Assembly: GCA_900314455.1 (NCBI GenBank)
Contig: OMVI01000040.1
Coordinates: 3,821-67,820, forward strand
Direction: 5' to 3'
DNA length: 64,000 nucleotides
Origin: an uncultured Prevotella sp.
GTDB lineage: Bacteria > Bacteroidota > Bacteroidia > Bacteroidales > Bacteroidaceae
This document shows, piece after piece, positions 61,572 through 64,000 of this stretch; position 1 is the first letter of the stretch, and every line of letters starts with the position of its first letter. The notes beneath the pieces were generated by a model that made no database searches, had not been told where the DNA came from, and saw nothing but the letters and a program-made list of their open reading frames with translations. The position numbers and the translations under genes were made by a program.

Positions 61572-63998
61572 TTAGTATCCGAATATTTCTTCTGTTGTTA
61601 GCTTGTGTATCGGCGCAATCTTCTCAAGCGACTTCATGTCGAGGACCTTCTCGTCGCCAAGGATTATGTAGCGGTAAGCCTTGTTGGCAATGTTCTGGCG
61701 TGAGAAGTTTACAATGTCCTGCATTGTCAGCGTTGGAGTAGCCTTGTATACATCAGCCTGGTAGTCGTGGTCGAGCCCCATCTGCTTGAGCCAATAGTAG
61801 CGCGTAAGGATGTTGAACTTCGTGTAACGCTCCGTGGCGATGTCTTTCATGACATTCTGCTTAGCCAAATCAAAGTTGATAGGATGTTGAGGCATACTGT
61901 CGAGCAATGTGTTGAACTCCTTGATGCAGTCCATCAGCTTGTCGGTCTGCGTTACTATGTATGTGAAGAAGTACTCTTTGTCCTGTTTGCGGTTAGGATG
62001 GACGTAGCGTGAACTTGCCGAATAGGCGAGTCCGCGTGCCTCGCGAAGCTCTTGGAAGACGATGCCGTTCATGCCACCATAATAATAGTTGAAGATGTTC
62101 TCAACGGCTTCCTGGTCCGGACTCCAAGGCTTGTCCTCGTTGTGGAACTGATACATGATGGCGTTCGGTGCATCATAGTTGGCAAGGTAAATCTCAGTAG
62201 AGTCAGTTCTTTCCTTCTCGTAAGACTTACTTGCTGGCAGAGGCTTGAACGTTTTAGGGGTCTTGATGGTCTTCGAGATAATCTTGTCGAGCTCAGAAAG
62301 GTTCATCGGACCGTAGTAGAGTACTGTCTGCTTGTAATTAATGAGTTCCTTCAGCTTGTCGAGGAGGGCCTGCGGGTTCTCTGCTTTAAGTTCTTGCTCA
62401 CTCATTATGTTACGGTAAGGGTTGTAAGCTCCCATCATTCCATAGTTCATCAAGGCTCTTGCGTTGTCGTCCTGACTTGTTTTGGCATCGGCACGGTCCT
62501 TGAGAACCATCGCAACATACTTGTTATACTGGGCTGTATCAGCCTTAGCGTTCATGATGAGGTTGTTGAGCAATGCCAGAGCCTGTGGCATATTAGCTCC
62601 GAGACCATTGAGTGTTATGTATGTTTCATTGCTTCCTTCGCTGATGCTATAGTCGCATGCCATCTCATAGAACTTCTCCTTTATCTGTTGTGATGTCAGT
62701 TTGTCGGTGCCGACATATTCGAGATAGCCTGCGGCATTGTTGTATCTCGGGTCAGACTCTGTGCCGAAAGGAATGCGGAATTGCAGGGTGAAGAGGTCGT
62801 TCTCTTTGTTCTGCTTATATAATATGTCAAGTCCGCGCTTGCTGGTTGCCGTCGTCAGGTCTTTCTTGAAGTCGAGGAACTGTGGCTGGATAGGCTCCGG
62901 CTTGCTATTGACTATCTCGTGTTTGAAATCCGATTCTTTGTCGTTGTTGGTCGGAATTGGAGTTATCTGTGGCTTGTCGACGCGGTGAAGGGTCGTGTCC
63001 TTGCCTTGAAGCTTATATACGCAAGCATATCCGTCGTTGAAATATTTGTTGGCGAAGTCAACAATATCTTTCTTTGTAATCTTTGAAAGTCTGTCGAGGT
63101 GTCCAACAACGTTGCTCCATTTCTTCTCGTTAATGAAGGCATCGACGAACTGATCGGTACGGAAGTCGTTTCTGTCGAGTTGCTGATAGTAGTAGCGCTT
63201 GTAGTTGTTGACGATTGCCGGCAGAAGTTCGTCAGAGAATTCGCCCTTCTTCATTTTGTCGATTTCGGCTAAAGTCAACTTGCGGAGGTCGTCGAGCGAC
63301 TGTCCTTCCTTAGGTTGCGCAATGATGTATAATACTGAATAGTCGTGAAGACCATAAAGTCCGTCATCAATGCTCTGAACCTTCATAGGCTGATTGAGGT
63401 CAACATCGAACAGCCCGGCTTTGCCGTTGCAGAGCAGTTGGTTGATTACGTCGAGTGTGTCCTGCTGCTGTGAGTTTGCTCCGTTGAACCTCCATGCCAT
63501 CAACAGGTACTCTGCATCTTGTCCGATGACGCTTGTATCCTGTGGCGTTGTGAACATTGGCTGAGCTTCATACTGAGGATATTCAACCTTGCCGTAGCCT
63601 TTCCAGTTGCCGAAATACTTGTCGATAGTGGCAATGGTCTTGTCTGGGTCAAAGTCGCCGGCCATCATTATGGCAATGTTATTTGGCTCGTAATACTTGT
63701 GGAAGTATTTCTTGATGTTCGTTATCGACGGGTTCTTGAGGTGCTCAGGTAGTCCGATAGTCGACTGGGTACCATATGGGTGGGTAGGGCAGAGCTTCTT
63801 CAACATTGCGTTGAATGCCTTGTAACCATCGGAAGCAATATTAATATTGTACTCTTCGTACACGGCTTCAAGCTCGGTATGGAAGCCGCGGATTACCATA
63901 TTTCGGAAACGGTCGGCTTGAACCTTTGCCCAAGTGTCGATTTCGTTGCTCGGAATGTCCTCCTGATATACGGTTTCGTCATTGCCCGTCCATGCGTT
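61572..63998 (-). CDS. M16 (insulinase-family) zinc peptidase, 5'-truncated by the window edge
   Basis: The frame stays open beyond the listed ATG (NAWTGNDETVYQEDIP...). Motifs ELEAVYEEY, HPYG, YYEPNN...AGDFD and VFQELREARGLAYS. Confidence 0.9.
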   Translation of the reverse strand, partial: NAWTGNDETVYQEDIPSNEIDTWAKVQADRFRNMVIRGFHTELEAVYEEYNINIASDGYKAFNAMLKKLCPTHPYGTQSTIGLPEHLKNPSITNIKKYFHKYYEPNNIAIMMAGDFDPDKTIATIDKYFGNWKGYGKVEYPQYEAQPMFTTPQDTSVIGQDAEYLLMAWRFNGANSQQQDTLDVINQLLCNGKAGLFDVDLNQPMKVQSIDDGLYGLHDYSVLYIIAQPKEGQSLDDLRKLTLAEIDKMKKGEFSDELLPAIVNNYKRYYYQQLDRNDFRTDQFVDAFINEKKWSNVVGHLDRLSKITKKDIVDFANKYFNDGYACVYKLQGKDTTLHRVDKPQITPIPTNNDKESDFKHEIVNSKPEPIQPQFLDFKKDLTTATSKRGLDILYKQNKENDLFTLQFRIPFGTESDPRYNNAAGYLEYVGTDKLTSQQIKEKFYEMACDYSISEGSNETYITLNGLGANMPQALALLNNLIMNAKADTAQYNKYVAMVLKDRADAKTSQDDNARALMNYGMMGAYNPYRNIMSEQELKAENPQALLDKLKELINYKQTVLYYGPMNLSELDKIISKTIKTPKTFKPLPASKSYEKERTDSTEIYLANYDAPNAIMYQFHNEDKPWSPDQEAVENIFNYYYGGMNGIVFQELREARGLAYSASSRYVHPNRKQDKEYFFTYIVTQTDKLMDCIKEFNTLLDSMPQHPINFDLAKQNVMKDIATERYTKFNILTRYYWLKQMGLDHDYQADVYKATPTLTMQDIVNFSRQNIANKAYRYIILGDEKVLDMKSLEKIAPIHKLTTEEIFGY

Positions 63999-64000
63999 TG

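Overview
A core-chromosome segment of a Bacteroidota bacterium, most likely Prevotellaceae (TAnnTTTG -7 promoter boxes, hybrid two-component system, TonB-dependent receptors, class III FBPase, FeoA-FeoB fusion). It holds about 45 mostly housekeeping CDSs, one tRNA-Ser(CGA), a candidate small RNA and an internally deleted ccsBA remnant. I see no integrase, transposase, prophage or CRISPR array. The most striking unexplained structure is non-coding. Four dispersed copies of a ~145-bp element (near 14.2, 31.0, 44.4 and 56.6 kb) share one architecture: an IHF-consensus-like head, then 27 bp from the head start five tandem 22-bp quasi-palindromic units (GCAAAAG-N-CTTTTG type), then a TGTAA tail. 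Spacing is identical in all four although the sequence has diverged. Two of them lie beside a second, REP/REPIN-like nested-hairpin family. Other notable points are a signal-peptide-bearing KduI in an operon with an orphan PTS IIC (GatC-like) and ExuT, a HisA-HisF single-chain fusion, and a winged-helix protein with a histone H1-like tail. All family calls come from recognising motifs by eye; no database searches were run.
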